29,725 nucleotides of DNA, taken from positions 1 through 29,725 of the forward strand of contig CAYQRT010000002.1 in assembly GCA_964419695.1 (NCBI GenBank). Reading direction: 5' to 3'. This DNA comes from an uncultured Spirochaetaceae bacterium. GTDB lineage: Bacteria > Spirochaetota > Spirochaetia > SZUA-6 > RPPD01. Positions 8,499 to 17,113 of this stretch are shown here, one piece after another. Both the position numbers and the translations under genes were made by a program. Positions within the stretch are counted from its first letter, which is position 1, and each line of letters begins with the position of its first letter. The notes beneath the pieces are model-generated. The model saw only the letters and a list, made by a program, of their open reading frames with translations. It searched no databases and was not told the origin of the DNA.

Positions 8499-9089
8499 CT
8501 ACCCGAATATATTCTTTAAAATGGCCATATCAAAGGCCATAAAAGCCAGGGCCATCAATCCGGCGCTGATAAAGGCGATGGGCGCCCCGCGCAGGGCCTT
8601 GGGCACCTTGACCCGGTCGAGTTTTTCCCGGATGGATGACATGAGGATGATGGCCAGGGTAAAGCCCAGGCCGGCGGCGAATCCGGCCACCACGCTCTGG
8701 AGAATGCTGTATTCATTGTTCACGCAGATGAACGCGATGCCCAATACGGCGCAGTTGGTGGTGATCAGCGGCAGGTAGATGCCGAGCGCCTTGTATAATT
8801 CGGGCGAAATCTTGCGTATCACCATTTCCACGAACTGGACCAGAGCGGCAATGACGAGAATGAAGGTAATAATCTCAAGATACTCGATGTTGAGTGGATC
8901 GAGAATTTGTGTGTAGATGACCGAGGTAAAGAACGAGGACAGGGTCATGACAAACACCACGGCGAACCCCATGCCGACGGCGGAATCCATTTTTTTAGAA
9001 ACACCTATGAAGGGACATAACCCCAGGAACTGGGTGAAGATGAAATTATTGATGAACACGAAGGTGATGATGATGCCCACGTAGCTCAT
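8499..9089 (-). CDS. rnfA: Rnf complex subunit A
   Basis: FLGLCPFIGVSKK, LGIYLPLITTNCAVLG. Confidence 0.96.
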   Translation of the reverse strand: MSYVGIIITFVFINNFIFTQFLGLCPFIGVSKKMDSAVGMGFAVVFVMTLSSFFTSVIYTQILDPLNIEYLEIITFILVIAALVQFVEMVIRKISPELYKALGIYLPLITTNCAVLGIAFICVNNEYSILQSVVAGFAAGLGFTLAIILMSSIREKLDRVKVPKALRGAPIAFISAGLMALAFMAFDMAILKNIFG

Positions 9090-9793
9090 GAGGTCTTCTC
9101 CCTTCCCGCGGACGATCGCCTCCGCCCGGACAATAATGAAGCCAACGCGCGGATATCGGAGGAGACGCGCCGGCGGATGGACCCCGCCGCGTTAAACAGT
9201 CCCTTGAGAAAGCCGATGACGAGCAGGGCGCCGGCCGGCGCGGCCAGGACGGCGACGGGCGCCTGGGACAAACCCGGAATTTCCAGAATACCGTCCTCCA
9301 GTCCGGGGATGGGCAGGGGCACCAGGGTCAGGGTGCCGGCCCCCAGCGTTTCCCGAATGAAGGCGATCAGGCACAAGGCCAGGGTAAACCCCAGACTCAT
9401 GCCCAGGGCGTCCAGAACCGAGGGGCCCACGGCGTTCTTGCTGGCGAAGGCCTCGGCCCGACCGATGATGATGCAGTTGACCACCACCAATGGCAGGAAG
9501 ACGCCCAGGTTTTTGGCCAAGGCCGGAGTGAAGGCCTGCATGAGGAGATTGATGATGGTGACGAAAGCCGCGATGACTATGATGAAGGCCGGTATACGCA
9601 CCTTGTCGGGAATGAAATTCTTCAGCAATGAAACCACGATGTTCGATCCCAGAAGCACGAACGTAACCGCCGCTCCCATACCCAGGGCATTGATGAACTG
9701 GTTGGAGACCGCCAGCGTGGGACAAAGGCCGAGCATGATGATAAAGGTGGGATTTTCCTTGAAAATTCCCCTGGTAAAGTCCTTGAGCATCAT
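9086..9793 (-). CDS. rnfE: Rnf complex subunit E
   Basis: ENPTF..MLGLCPTLAVS, IPDKVRIP, LPLVVVNCIIIGRAEAFASKN. Confidence 0.96.
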   Translation of the reverse strand: MMLKDFTRGIFKENPTFIIMLGLCPTLAVSNQFINALGMGAAVTFVLLGSNIVVSLLKNFIPDKVRIPAFIIVIAAFVTIINLLMQAFTPALAKNLGVFLPLVVVNCIIIGRAEAFASKNAVGPSVLDALGMSLGFTLALCLIAFIRETLGAGTLTLVPLPIPGLEDGILEIPGLSQAPVAVLAAPAGALLVIGFLKGLFNAAGSIRRRVSSDIRALASLLSGRRRSSAGREKTS

Positions 9794-10551
9794 TCGCCTC
9801 CTTGGGCCATGACAAAGAGCGACCCTTCCTTGATCGCGGCCGCCACCGCCATAAAACTGATGCTGGCGCCGCTCACCGCGTCCGCCGATTTCCTGGAGAG
9901 CATGGCTTTGACCACGGGTACGCGGGCGCCGCGGGTGCCGCGGAAGTGGCGGTCATAATCCGGCGCTGAAATCATTTTGGTCTGCGCGGGGCTTTCCTCG
10001 GCGTGCAGCACCCGAAACGACCGTACGGTTCCGTCCGGTTCGTACGCGGCCACGATATCGATCTCTCCACCGTATCCCGAACCGGCCAACTCCAGGATGT
10101 ACCCGGAGATGGTTCCCCCGGATCGCAGGATATACCAGGCACGCACCTTATCCTTGCGTCCCCGATCGGTTTTCGCAAACACGCGGGAGAGCTGGCGGGC
10201 ATCATCCGGGGAGAAATCCGGGGCCAGGGCATGCGTGCCGCCGGTTTCAGGATAGTACCGCTCCAGGATCGAGCGGTCCGCAGCGGTGAGGCGCGGATTG
10301 TTCAGCAGCGCGTCCCAGGCAGTTTGTTCCAGCCGCAACGGAAAAGCCGCTTCACCCTGGCTGCGCACGGCATTACCGGACAGTTCGGCCAGGGCCTTGT
10401 TCTTCTCCCGCAATTTGTTTTCCTCGATCACGGGTGCGGTAATCAGGTTGACCAGGGCCAGAGCCAGAGCCACCCCGGCGCAGATGACCACGAGTCTGGC
10501 CACCGGTACGAGCAATTCCCGGATGGCTGGGGCGTCAAGCAGTTTTTTCAT
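9790..10551 (-). CDS. rnfG: Rnf complex subunit G (FMN-binding) with an internal insertion
   Basis: N-terminal TM (LALVNLITAPVIEEN), GSGYGGEI, DAVSGASIS flavinylation motif; position between rnfD and rnfE. Confidence 0.88.
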   Translation of the reverse strand: MKKLLDAPAIRELLVPVARLVVICAGVALALALVNLITAPVIEENKLREKNKALAELSGNAVRSQGEAAFPLRLEQTAWDALLNNPRLTAADRSILERYYPETGGTHALAPDFSPDDARQLSRVFAKTDRGRKDKVRAWYILRSGGTISGYILELAGSGYGGEIDIVAAYEPDGTVRSFRVLHAEESPAQTKMISAPDYDRHFRGTRGARVPVVKAMLSRKSADAVSGASISFMAVAAAIKEGSLFVMAQGGE

Positions 10552-11701
10552 GCTTCTTCCCTATGACCGCGCCGAAAATCTTAGGTTTTATGAAACGATC
10601 CATGAGCGGTACGAACATGTTCATAATGATGATGGACAACGAGACCCCTTCCGGAAGCGAACCGTAAAACCGAATGAGAAAGGTCAGCACGCCGGCCCCC
10701 ACGCCGAAGATGATCTTCCCCGTCCGGGAGAGGGGCGTGGTCACGTAGTCGGTGGCCATGAAAAACGCGCCGAATACGATTCCGCCGGTCAGAAGATGAA
10801 AGAAGACGTCGCCGGAAAACAGGCCGGAAGCGAAGCGCAGGCCGCCGAAAACCCAGACAAGTAGGGCGAAGCTTCCCAGGTAAGCGGCGGGGATTTCCCA
10901 AGAAATGATTTTCCTGATAAAGAGGAATAACGCCCCCAGCAGCAGCAGCAGCACCGACACTTCCCCGATGGAACCGGCCACGTTGCCGACCAGAAGGTCG
11001 ACGTAGCCCCTGGGCAGATGGCCGCCCAACAGGCCGTTCAGACCCTGCGTCACCTGGGAGTCGAATGCGGAGACAGGGTAGTGTTTAGACGCCAGCAGGG
11101 AAAGCGGGCCGCCCAAACCGTGCAGACGTGCGGAAAGAACGGACGGATCCCCGGCCTGGACGGCGACTTCCGCCAGACCGGCCTTGACTGTGCCCAGGGG
11201 AGAAGCACCGGTGACCGCGTCCGCCGCCGCCCCGGCTGCCCCCCAGGCGGGAAGCGTGGTCGGCATGGTCCAGGCGTTCATGGCCTTGGAAAAAGAAAAA
11301 AGGGCGAACACCCGGCCGGCCAGGGCCGGATTCATCCAGTTGGCGCCCAGGCCGCCGAAAGCGTGCTTAACCACGGCCAGGGCGAACACCGACGCGGCGA
11401 TGGGTACATAGACCGGAACGGCCGGCGGCAGGTTCAAACCGATGAGCAATCCGGTGAGAAAGGCGGAACCGTCCGTAATGGTGAGTTTACGGCGGACGGC
11501 ATTAACGGTGAGTTCGGTGGCCAGGGAGGCGCCGATGCAGATGAGGACGGTGATCAAGGCCTGCCAGCCGAACACGAACACGCCCCAGGCCAGGGCGGGC
11601 GTCAGACTTAAGGATACCGACCACATTATCGTGGCCGCGCGCGTGCCTTCGGCCAGATGCGGGGCGGGGGTGACCAGGAGGGGTCTCTTGGCCCGGTTCA
11701 T
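10535..11701 (-). CDS. rnfD: Rnf complex subunit D
   Basis: PAPHL, ITDGSAFLTGLL, KHAFGGLGANWMNPALAGR, GNVAGSIGE, GAFFMATDYVTTP. Start set to ATG 11701 (ATGA overlap with the rnfC stop), not 11815. Confidence 0.95.
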   Translation of the reverse strand: MNRAKRPLLVTPAPHLAEGTRAATIMWSVSLSLTPALAWGVFVFGWQALITVLICIGASLATELTVNAVRRKLTITDGSAFLTGLLIGLNLPPAVPVYVPIAASVFALAVVKHAFGGLGANWMNPALAGRVFALFSFSKAMNAWTMPTTLPAWGAAGAAADAVTGASPLGTVKAGLAEVAVQAGDPSVLSARLHGLGGPLSLLASKHYPVSAFDSQVTQGLNGLLGGHLPRGYVDLLVGNVAGSIGEVSVLLLLLGALFLFIRKIISWEIPAAYLGSFALLVWVFGGLRFASGLFSGDVFFHLLTGGIVFGAFFMATDYVTTPLSRTGKIIFGVGAGVLTFLIRFYGSLPEGVSLSIIIMNMFVPLMDRFIKPKIFGAVIGKKHEKTA

Positions 11702-13038
11702 GGGGCGGCCTTTCCCGACTGACGGAGGCGGGCCATGATCTTTCCCACTTTGAAGGAATGTACCAGGGGAATACGCGAGGGACAGACATAGGCGCAGCAG
11801 CCGCACTCCTTGCAATCCATGAGCCCTGATTGGAGGGCCTTCTCATACAGCCCGTATTCGATGAGGGTGAAGAGGATCGTGGGCAGGAGGCCCCAGGGGC
11901 AGACGTGTAGACAACGGCCGCAGCGGATGCAGGGCGTCCCTGCGTAGGGGGCGGTCTCTTTGCGCGAGAGGGCGACGATGCCCGATACGCCCTTGACCAG
12001 CGGCGTCTCCGGATCAGCCACGGCCAGCCCCATCATGGGTCCGCCTAAAACTATCTTGGCGGGCGGCTCGGAAAAACCGCCGCAATCCTCCAGCAGTTCG
12101 CCGATCTTGGTACCGATACGCGCCTTGATATTGGAGGGCTGGTGCAGCGCGCCTCCGGTGACCGTCACCACTCTTTCAATAAGCGGTTTGCGCCAGACCA
12201 CGGCCTCATACACCGCCAAGACGGTATGGACATTGGCCACCACCGCGCCCACGTCGAGCGGCAGCCCGCCGGAGGGCACCTCACGGTTGAGCACGGCCTT
12301 GAGAACCATCTTTTCATCACCCTGGGGATAACGCACCCGGAGGGACGTCACCGTAAAGGGCAGCTGTTTCTCCGTGATTTTTTCCGTGAGCACCTCGATG
12401 GCGTCCGGTTTGTTCTCCTCCACCGCGAATACGACCCGGTCGGCGCCCGTGATTTTTTGGATGATCTGCGCTCCCTCGACGATTTCATCCGGTTTCTCCA
12501 GCATCAACCGATGGTCGACCGTGAGGAAGGGCTCACATTCCACGCCGTTGATCACCAGCACCCCGATGGGTTTTTCACGACGTACCGTGTACTTGACGTG
12601 GGCGGGAAACGCCGCGCCGCCCAGACCCACCACACCCATATCGGCGATCAGCCCATTGAGCGTCTGGCCGTCCATGTTCTCCCAGGCCTGTTTTTCCAGG
12701 ATCTTCCCCGAGCGGTCGAATTCACCGGCGCATTCAATGGTGACCGCCCGGCAGACCACTCCCTGGGGAAGCATCATGTTTTTGACTTCCTTGACGCGAC
12801 CCGGTACCGGAGAGTGGATGTTGGCCGAAATGAATCCGGAGGCCCGGGCGATGAGCATTCCTTCCTTTACTTCGTCTCCGGGATTGACGAGACATTGCGC
12901 CGGTGCGCCCGTGTGCTGGGACAGGGGGATGACGGCCACCGCCGGGATATGAGCGTTTTTAATGGGCATCCGGGAAGTCCCTTCTTTTCTGTCGCGGGGA
13001 TGCACCCCTCCCCGACCGAATGTGCGGGAACCGTTCAT
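11698..13038 (-). CDS. rnfC: Rnf complex subunit C
   Basis: PLSQHTGAPA, HSPVPG, GVVGLGGAAFPAHVK, NGVECEPFLT, YPQGDEK, GGPMMG, CIRCGRCLHVCP, CKECGCCAYVCPS. Confidence 0.97.
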   Translation of the reverse strand: MNGSRTFGRGGVHPRDRKEGTSRMPIKNAHIPAVAVIPLSQHTGAPAQCLVNPGDEVKEGMLIARASGFISANIHSPVPGRVKEVKNMMLPQGVVCRAVTIECAGEFDRSGKILEKQAWENMDGQTLNGLIADMGVVGLGGAAFPAHVKYTVRREKPIGVLVINGVECEPFLTVDHRLMLEKPDEIVEGAQIIQKITGADRVVFAVEENKPDAIEVLTEKITEKQLPFTVTSLRVRYPQGDEKMVLKAVLNREVPSGGLPLDVGAVVANVHTVLAVYEAVVWRKPLIERVVTVTGGALHQPSNIKARIGTKIGELLEDCGGFSEPPAKIVLGGPMMGLAVADPETPLVKGVSGIVALSRKETAPYAGTPCIRCGRCLHVCPWGLLPTILFTLIEYGLYEKALQSGLMDCKECGCCAYVCPSRIPLVHSFKVGKIMARLRQSGKAAP

Positions 13039-14816
13039 GGCTTTCTCCCGGATGTTTTCTTTCTCTTCTGCACGCCTGCCTTCTTTGCGCCCCTGGATTT
13101 GGCTGGAGCCGCGGCACCCCGGCTCTTTGTGCGGCCGGACGTTTTCTTCTCCGCCGGTTTCCGCGCGGCGGGCGCCCGCGCCGGGACGGACGTGGTGATC
13201 GGCCTTTTTTTCCTGCCGTAAATCAAGCTGGGGAGTGCCGTGTACTCAAGCAGAATTACCGGACAGAGTACGATACTAAAGATGATGATGATTGTCCAGT
13301 TGGCCTGCGCCAGCGCGCCCGCCGGATCACCGTTGCGAAACGATACGGACAGACATTTTCCCTGGTCGAACAGCATTCGTTCCACTGATGTCCGGCTGAC
13401 CCGTCGCGCCAGGTCGTCCAGCCATTGGTCGCCGAAGGCGATCAGCGTTTGGCGGCTCTCCTTCACCGTGATATCCGGCTCGTTCATGCGGTAGGCGGCG
13501 AGGACGATGGCGTCGTTCCGGCCGGGAAGAGCATATGCGGGCGGGGCTCCGTACGCCAGCCGCTCCTGGTACGCGGCATGGGTCACAAAATCCGAAAGAT
13601 CCGGCAGGTCTCCCGGACGCTTGACCGCCGCCAGCCGTCGGACCGCCCCCAGGGTGATGCCTTGTTCCGCGGTACGGGCTTCAGGCACCGGCATACGCGT
13701 GTTCCTTACCTGCGGTTTAAAAAGGAGAACCGCCGGCATGAGGACGAGCAGGCCCACGGCCGCGGAAGGCGCCAGGCGCTGGCTGAACGTCCGGGCGGTT
13801 TTGGGGGCAAAGGAACGCAGAATGGTCAGGGGTTTGAATCGTGCCGGCCTTTCCAGTATGCTTCGTTCCTTGAGCAGGCGGAACAGCCGCAGGATTCCCC
13901 AATGGGCCGCCAGCAGTCCGCCCTGGGCCAACAGGGCCAGGGTGATTTCAAGCAGGTCCGATTTGAAAAGCGAGGTAAAAAAGAACGTCAGCAGAAGGAC
14001 CCCCGTATAGAGAACAAGACGAAGCCAGAGCGGTTTACGGTCCGAATCTTTCCAACCGGACAGTTCCCGGTTTTCCACGAAGTCCTGGTAGACATTAAGG
14101 AACCTTGCCCAATAGTAGCTTAAGAAAAAAAACAGGAGGAACTCCCCTATCCCACCCCTGGTCAACGCCAGCATCCAGGGGAGGACCCCCGCCCCGAACA
14201 GGATGTGAAAAGTCGTTTTACGCGATGCGAACATCAACGCCAAGAAAAAGAGCGCTCCGGCCGCGGCAATGATCACCGTGGTCTCATTGTTGTCGAGCTC
14301 GAGAATCCGCCAATTATCTTCGCGCTTTCCCGCCCAGTCCGTCATGAACAGCGAAAGCGACAGGGGATTGCGCCGGGTAGCCACATACAGGACATCCCAG
14401 GTTACGTTGTTTTCTTTCACCGTGAAATACTCATCCACGCGACGCATATAGTCGTCCCAACGGGGATCGCGAGGATCGAATCGTTCACTCACCCGTGATA
14501 GAGGCAGTGGCATGAGTGAATCAAAATTCGTATAGAGAATGTCAGCGGTCGCCCGTGAAATCACGGTTTCCACGTCCGGCTGCCGGAGCAGGGCGTCCGA
14601 CAGTTCCGCCAGGGGCCGGGGTCCCCGATAGTAAACGGTGTGGTAGCCTTTGAACCGGGAGGGTTTGGCGGAGGGCACGGCGAACAACAAATTGCCGCCC
14701 AACAACACGGCTACGCCTATCATGACCGCCGTGCGCATGACAGCGACCGGTTTTCTCTCGGGAGATTTTTTTCGTTTTTTCGCGGGGAGTGACTTCACGG
14801 GCGTGCTAGAGGACAC
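13035..14816 (-). CDS. Unknown polytopic membrane protein (about 8 TM segments, two soluble domains, Lys/Arg/Ala-rich tail)
   Basis: Long ORF overlapping the DUF212 stop and the rnfC start (ATGA); multiple hydrophobic segments. Start uncertain (GTG 14816 or ATG 14738). Confidence 0.8.
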   Translation of the reverse strand: MSSSTPVKSLPAKKRKKSPERKPVAVMRTAVMIGVAVLLGGNLLFAVPSAKPSRFKGYHTVYYRGPRPLAELSDALLRQPDVETVISRATADILYTNFDSLMPLPLSRVSERFDPRDPRWDDYMRRVDEYFTVKENNVTWDVLYVATRRNPLSLSLFMTDWAGKREDNWRILELDNNETTVIIAAAGALFFLALMFASRKTTFHILFGAGVLPWMLALTRGGIGEFLLFFFLSYYWARFLNVYQDFVENRELSGWKDSDRKPLWLRLVLYTGVLLLTFFFTSLFKSDLLEITLALLAQGGLLAAHWGILRLFRLLKERSILERPARFKPLTILRSFAPKTARTFSQRLAPSAAVGLLVLMPAVLLFKPQVRNTRMPVPEARTAEQGITLGAVRRLAAVKRPGDLPDLSDFVTHAAYQERLAYGAPPAYALPGRNDAIVLAAYRMNEPDITVKESRQTLIAFGDQWLDDLARRVSRTSVERMLFDQGKCLSVSFRNGDPAGALAQANWTIIIIFSIVLCPVILLEYTALPSLIYGRKKRPITTSVPARAPAARKPAEKKTSGRTKSRGAAAPAKSRGAKKAGVQKRKKTSGRKP

Positions 14817-15270
14817 AGAAGGCCACGGCGATAAAGAAGCCTAGTACCGCTCCCACGCCCACCTCGGAAATGCTGTGTCCGTTGATCTCCTTCACTGGTT
14901 TGATATTAAGGCGCCTTTCTTTCTTGAGCAGGGAGATCAGCCGGTTGAGCGTATGGGCCTGGATGCCGGCCGCGCGTCTGACGCCCAGGGCGTCGCGAAT
15001 GACCAGCAGGGCGTAAAAGAACACGACAATGAACAGCGGGTCGCCGACGCCCCTGGTCAAGGCGATGGACGTAGCCAGGGAGGACACCACCGACGAATGG
15101 CTGCTGGGCATGCCGCCGGTGGTCCAGAATATGTATTTCAGGATTTTTAAGGCGCTTCTGGGTTTATTTCTGATGATCTCAATGATCGATTTCATGACTT
15201 GGGCCAGGAACCAGCTGAACACGGTCGCCAGAAACACCGGGCTCGTCACCAAAGCATTTATATGATCCAT
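14806..15270 (-). CDS. Divergent PAP2 family (DUF212) membrane phosphatase/haloperoxidase-like protein
   Basis: WFLAQVMK, TGGMPSSHSSVV, DALGVRRAAG, GHSISEVGVGAVLG. Start moved to ATG 15270 (MDHIN…). Confidence 0.88.
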   Translation of the reverse strand: MDHINALVTSPVFLATVFSWFLAQVMKSIIEIIRNKPRSALKILKYIFWTTGGMPSSHSSVVSSLATSIALTRGVGDPLFIVVFFYALLVIRDALGVRRAAGIQAHTLNRLISLLKKERRLNIKPVKEINGHSISEVGVGAVLGFFIAVAFCVL

Positions 15271-15537
15271 AGCGCCTGTCTTTGCAATGATAATGATATG
15301 CCGTTCGGCGGGAGCATCCCCGGGATGTCTACCGCCGAAGGTCATATGGCCCCGGGCCGCTTTCTGAAAATGGCCAACGCCAGGCCGCCTGGCGCCTTTT
15401 TTCCGAAACCGTGTCCAGTTTCGCTTGAGTCGCCCAAATTGTCAAGACGTTCACGCCGGGGTGACGATTTCAGGAAGCGATTTCCAAGCGAGGCCGGAAA
15501 ACAGAGTATTGAGTGCGCCATTATTTTGTTTTTTTTA

Positions 15538-15565
15538 TTGACACGCCGACTTTTCCAGATAAAAT
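15538..15565 (+). promoter_or_regulatory. Sigma70 promoter for the mlaEFD-like operon
   Basis: TTGACA-16 nt-TAAAAT preceded by an AT-rich UP-like tract. Confidence 0.65.
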
Positions 15566-15575
15566 GAAGGCCAGC

Positions 15576-16364
15576 ATGAGCCAAATCCGCCAATCGGCCT
15601 CCAGAGAATGGGCGCACACCGCCAAAGCCATTCTATCCAGCTATCGTAATTTTTTCTTCTGGATTTTCCGCCGTCCCTTCAATTTCCGCCAGGTCATGGA
15701 ACAGTTTGCCCGTACTATGCTGGAGGGATTCCTGACCATCGTCATCGGGTCCGTGGTCATGGGCATGTTCATCGCCTGGATCGGCGGCTATTTCGGATCG
15801 CTTTACGGCGCCATCACCATCATCGGACCGGCCGCCACCTTCGGCATCATTCATGAGTTCACCATACTCCTGGTCGCCCTGCTCTTTGCCTGCCGCGTGG
15901 GCACGGCCTTTACCGTGGAAATCGGGTCCATGGCCATGAGCGGGCAATTGGACGCCCAGCGTATGATGGCCGTGGAGCCGATCCAGAATATCGTCATTCC
16001 ACGGGTAGTGGCCTCCCTGGTGAGCATCATGCTTCTCCTGGCCATCTCCCACGGCATCGCCCTGCTCGCCTCCGCCTTCTTTCTCCAGATGTGGTTCAAT
16101 ATCACCTTCGCCGCCATTTTTGAGAACGCCTTCGCCTTCATCAAACCGGGCACCATCATTCAGTCCTTTGTACGGGTGGGCGTCATGGGCTTTTTCATCG
16201 CCCTTAACGCCTGCGCCGTCGGCTTCTACTTCTCAGGCGGGGCCGTGGAACTGGGCAAGGCCACCACCAAGTCCATCGTGGTCAACTTCATCTACGTGCT
16301 GCTCATCCACCTGGCCACGGCCATCCTGGTCACCTACAGCCGCTGGTTTATGGATACGCTATGA
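15576..16364 (+). CDS. mlaE: MlaE-family ABC transporter permease
   Basis: LLFACRVGTAFTVEIGSMAMSGQLDAQRMMAVEP.Q.IVIPR, GAVELGKATTKSIV. Start set downstream of the promoter (ATG 15576; ATG 15564 is an alternative). Confidence 0.88.
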   Translation: MSQIRQSASREWAHTAKAILSSYRNFFFWIFRRPFNFRQVMEQFARTMLEGFLTIVIGSVVMGMFIAWIGGYFGSLYGAITIIGPAATFGIIHEFTILLVALLFACRVGTAFTVEIGSMAMSGQLDAQRMMAVEPIQNIVIPRVVASLVSIMLLLAISHGIALLASAFFLQMWFNITFAAIFENAFAFIKPGTIIQSFVRVGVMGFFIALNACAVGFYFSGGAVELGKATTKSIVVNFIYVLLIHLATAILVTYSRWFMDTL

Positions 16365-17113
16365 TACGAATTGCGAACCTTTCCAAATCATTTGAAGACA
16401 ACCGCGTTCTGGAACATATCTCGGTTGAGATCGCCGATGCCGATTCATTCGTCATCGTGGGGAAAAGCGGTATCGGCAAATCCGTGTTCCTCAAATGCAT
16501 CACCCGGCTTATCAAGCCCGACGATGGACAAGTCTTCATCGACGATGAGGACATTGTCTCGGCCCGGCGGGAGGACCTGCTGCGCATCCGACGCAAGATC
16601 GGTCTGGTGCTGCAGGAAGGGGCCCTTTTCGATTCCATGAACGTGTATGAAAACATCGCCTTTCCCCTCATCTATCACAATCTGCTGCCACGCCAGGAAA
16701 TTGAGAAGAAAGTGAGGCATTACCTGGAGGTGGTGGAAATGCCCGAATTCGGCGAAGCCATGCCCTCCGAGTTATCCGGCGGCATGAAACGCAAGGTCTC
16801 CCTGGCGCGGGCCATGGTCCTGGAGCCCAAATACCTGTTGTACGACGAACCCACCTCGGGTCTGGATCCCATGAGCGCCGGCATTGTTGAATCGCTTATC
16901 ATGAAGCTGCAGCGGGAGATGAACATCACGTCCCTGGTCGTGACGCATGACCTGGACCTGGCCCACTACGCGGGCTCGCACATCGCCCTTCTGGACAAGG
17001 GTCAGCTGGTCGCCATCGAGACCAAGGATCAGGCCTTTGCCAAGGAATCTCCCATCTATGAGTATTTCATCCAAAACAGAGAAAGGGTGCACCACAACCA
17101 TGGCAACATCTAA
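16361..17113 (+). CDS. mlaF: MlaF/Ttg2A-family ABC ATPase
   Basis: Walker A GKSGIGKS, QEGALFDSMNVYENIAFPL, LSGGMKRKV, YDEPTSGLDP, VTHD. Confidence 0.93.
   Translation: MIRIANLSKSFEDNRVLEHISVEIADADSFVIVGKSGIGKSVFLKCITRLIKPDDGQVFIDDEDIVSARREDLLRIRRKIGLVLQEGALFDSMNVYENIAFPLIYHNLLPRQEIEKKVRHYLEVVEMPEFGEAMPSELSGGMKRKVSLARAMVLEPKYLLYDEPTSGLDPMSAGIVESLIMKLQREMNITSLVVTHDLDLAHYAGSHIALLDKGQLVAIETKDQAFAKESPIYEYFIQNRERVHHNHGNI

Noticed and set aside
15271-15440. FMN riboswitch ahead of the flavin-related operon
   Set aside because: No RFN consensus segments such as GGGCGGGGUGNAAUUCCC or AGUCCGGAUG
15342-15617. 91-aa minus-strand ORF and 15199-15567 plus-strand ORF
   Set aside because: They span divergent promoter DNA, lack an RBS and have no recognisable protein features
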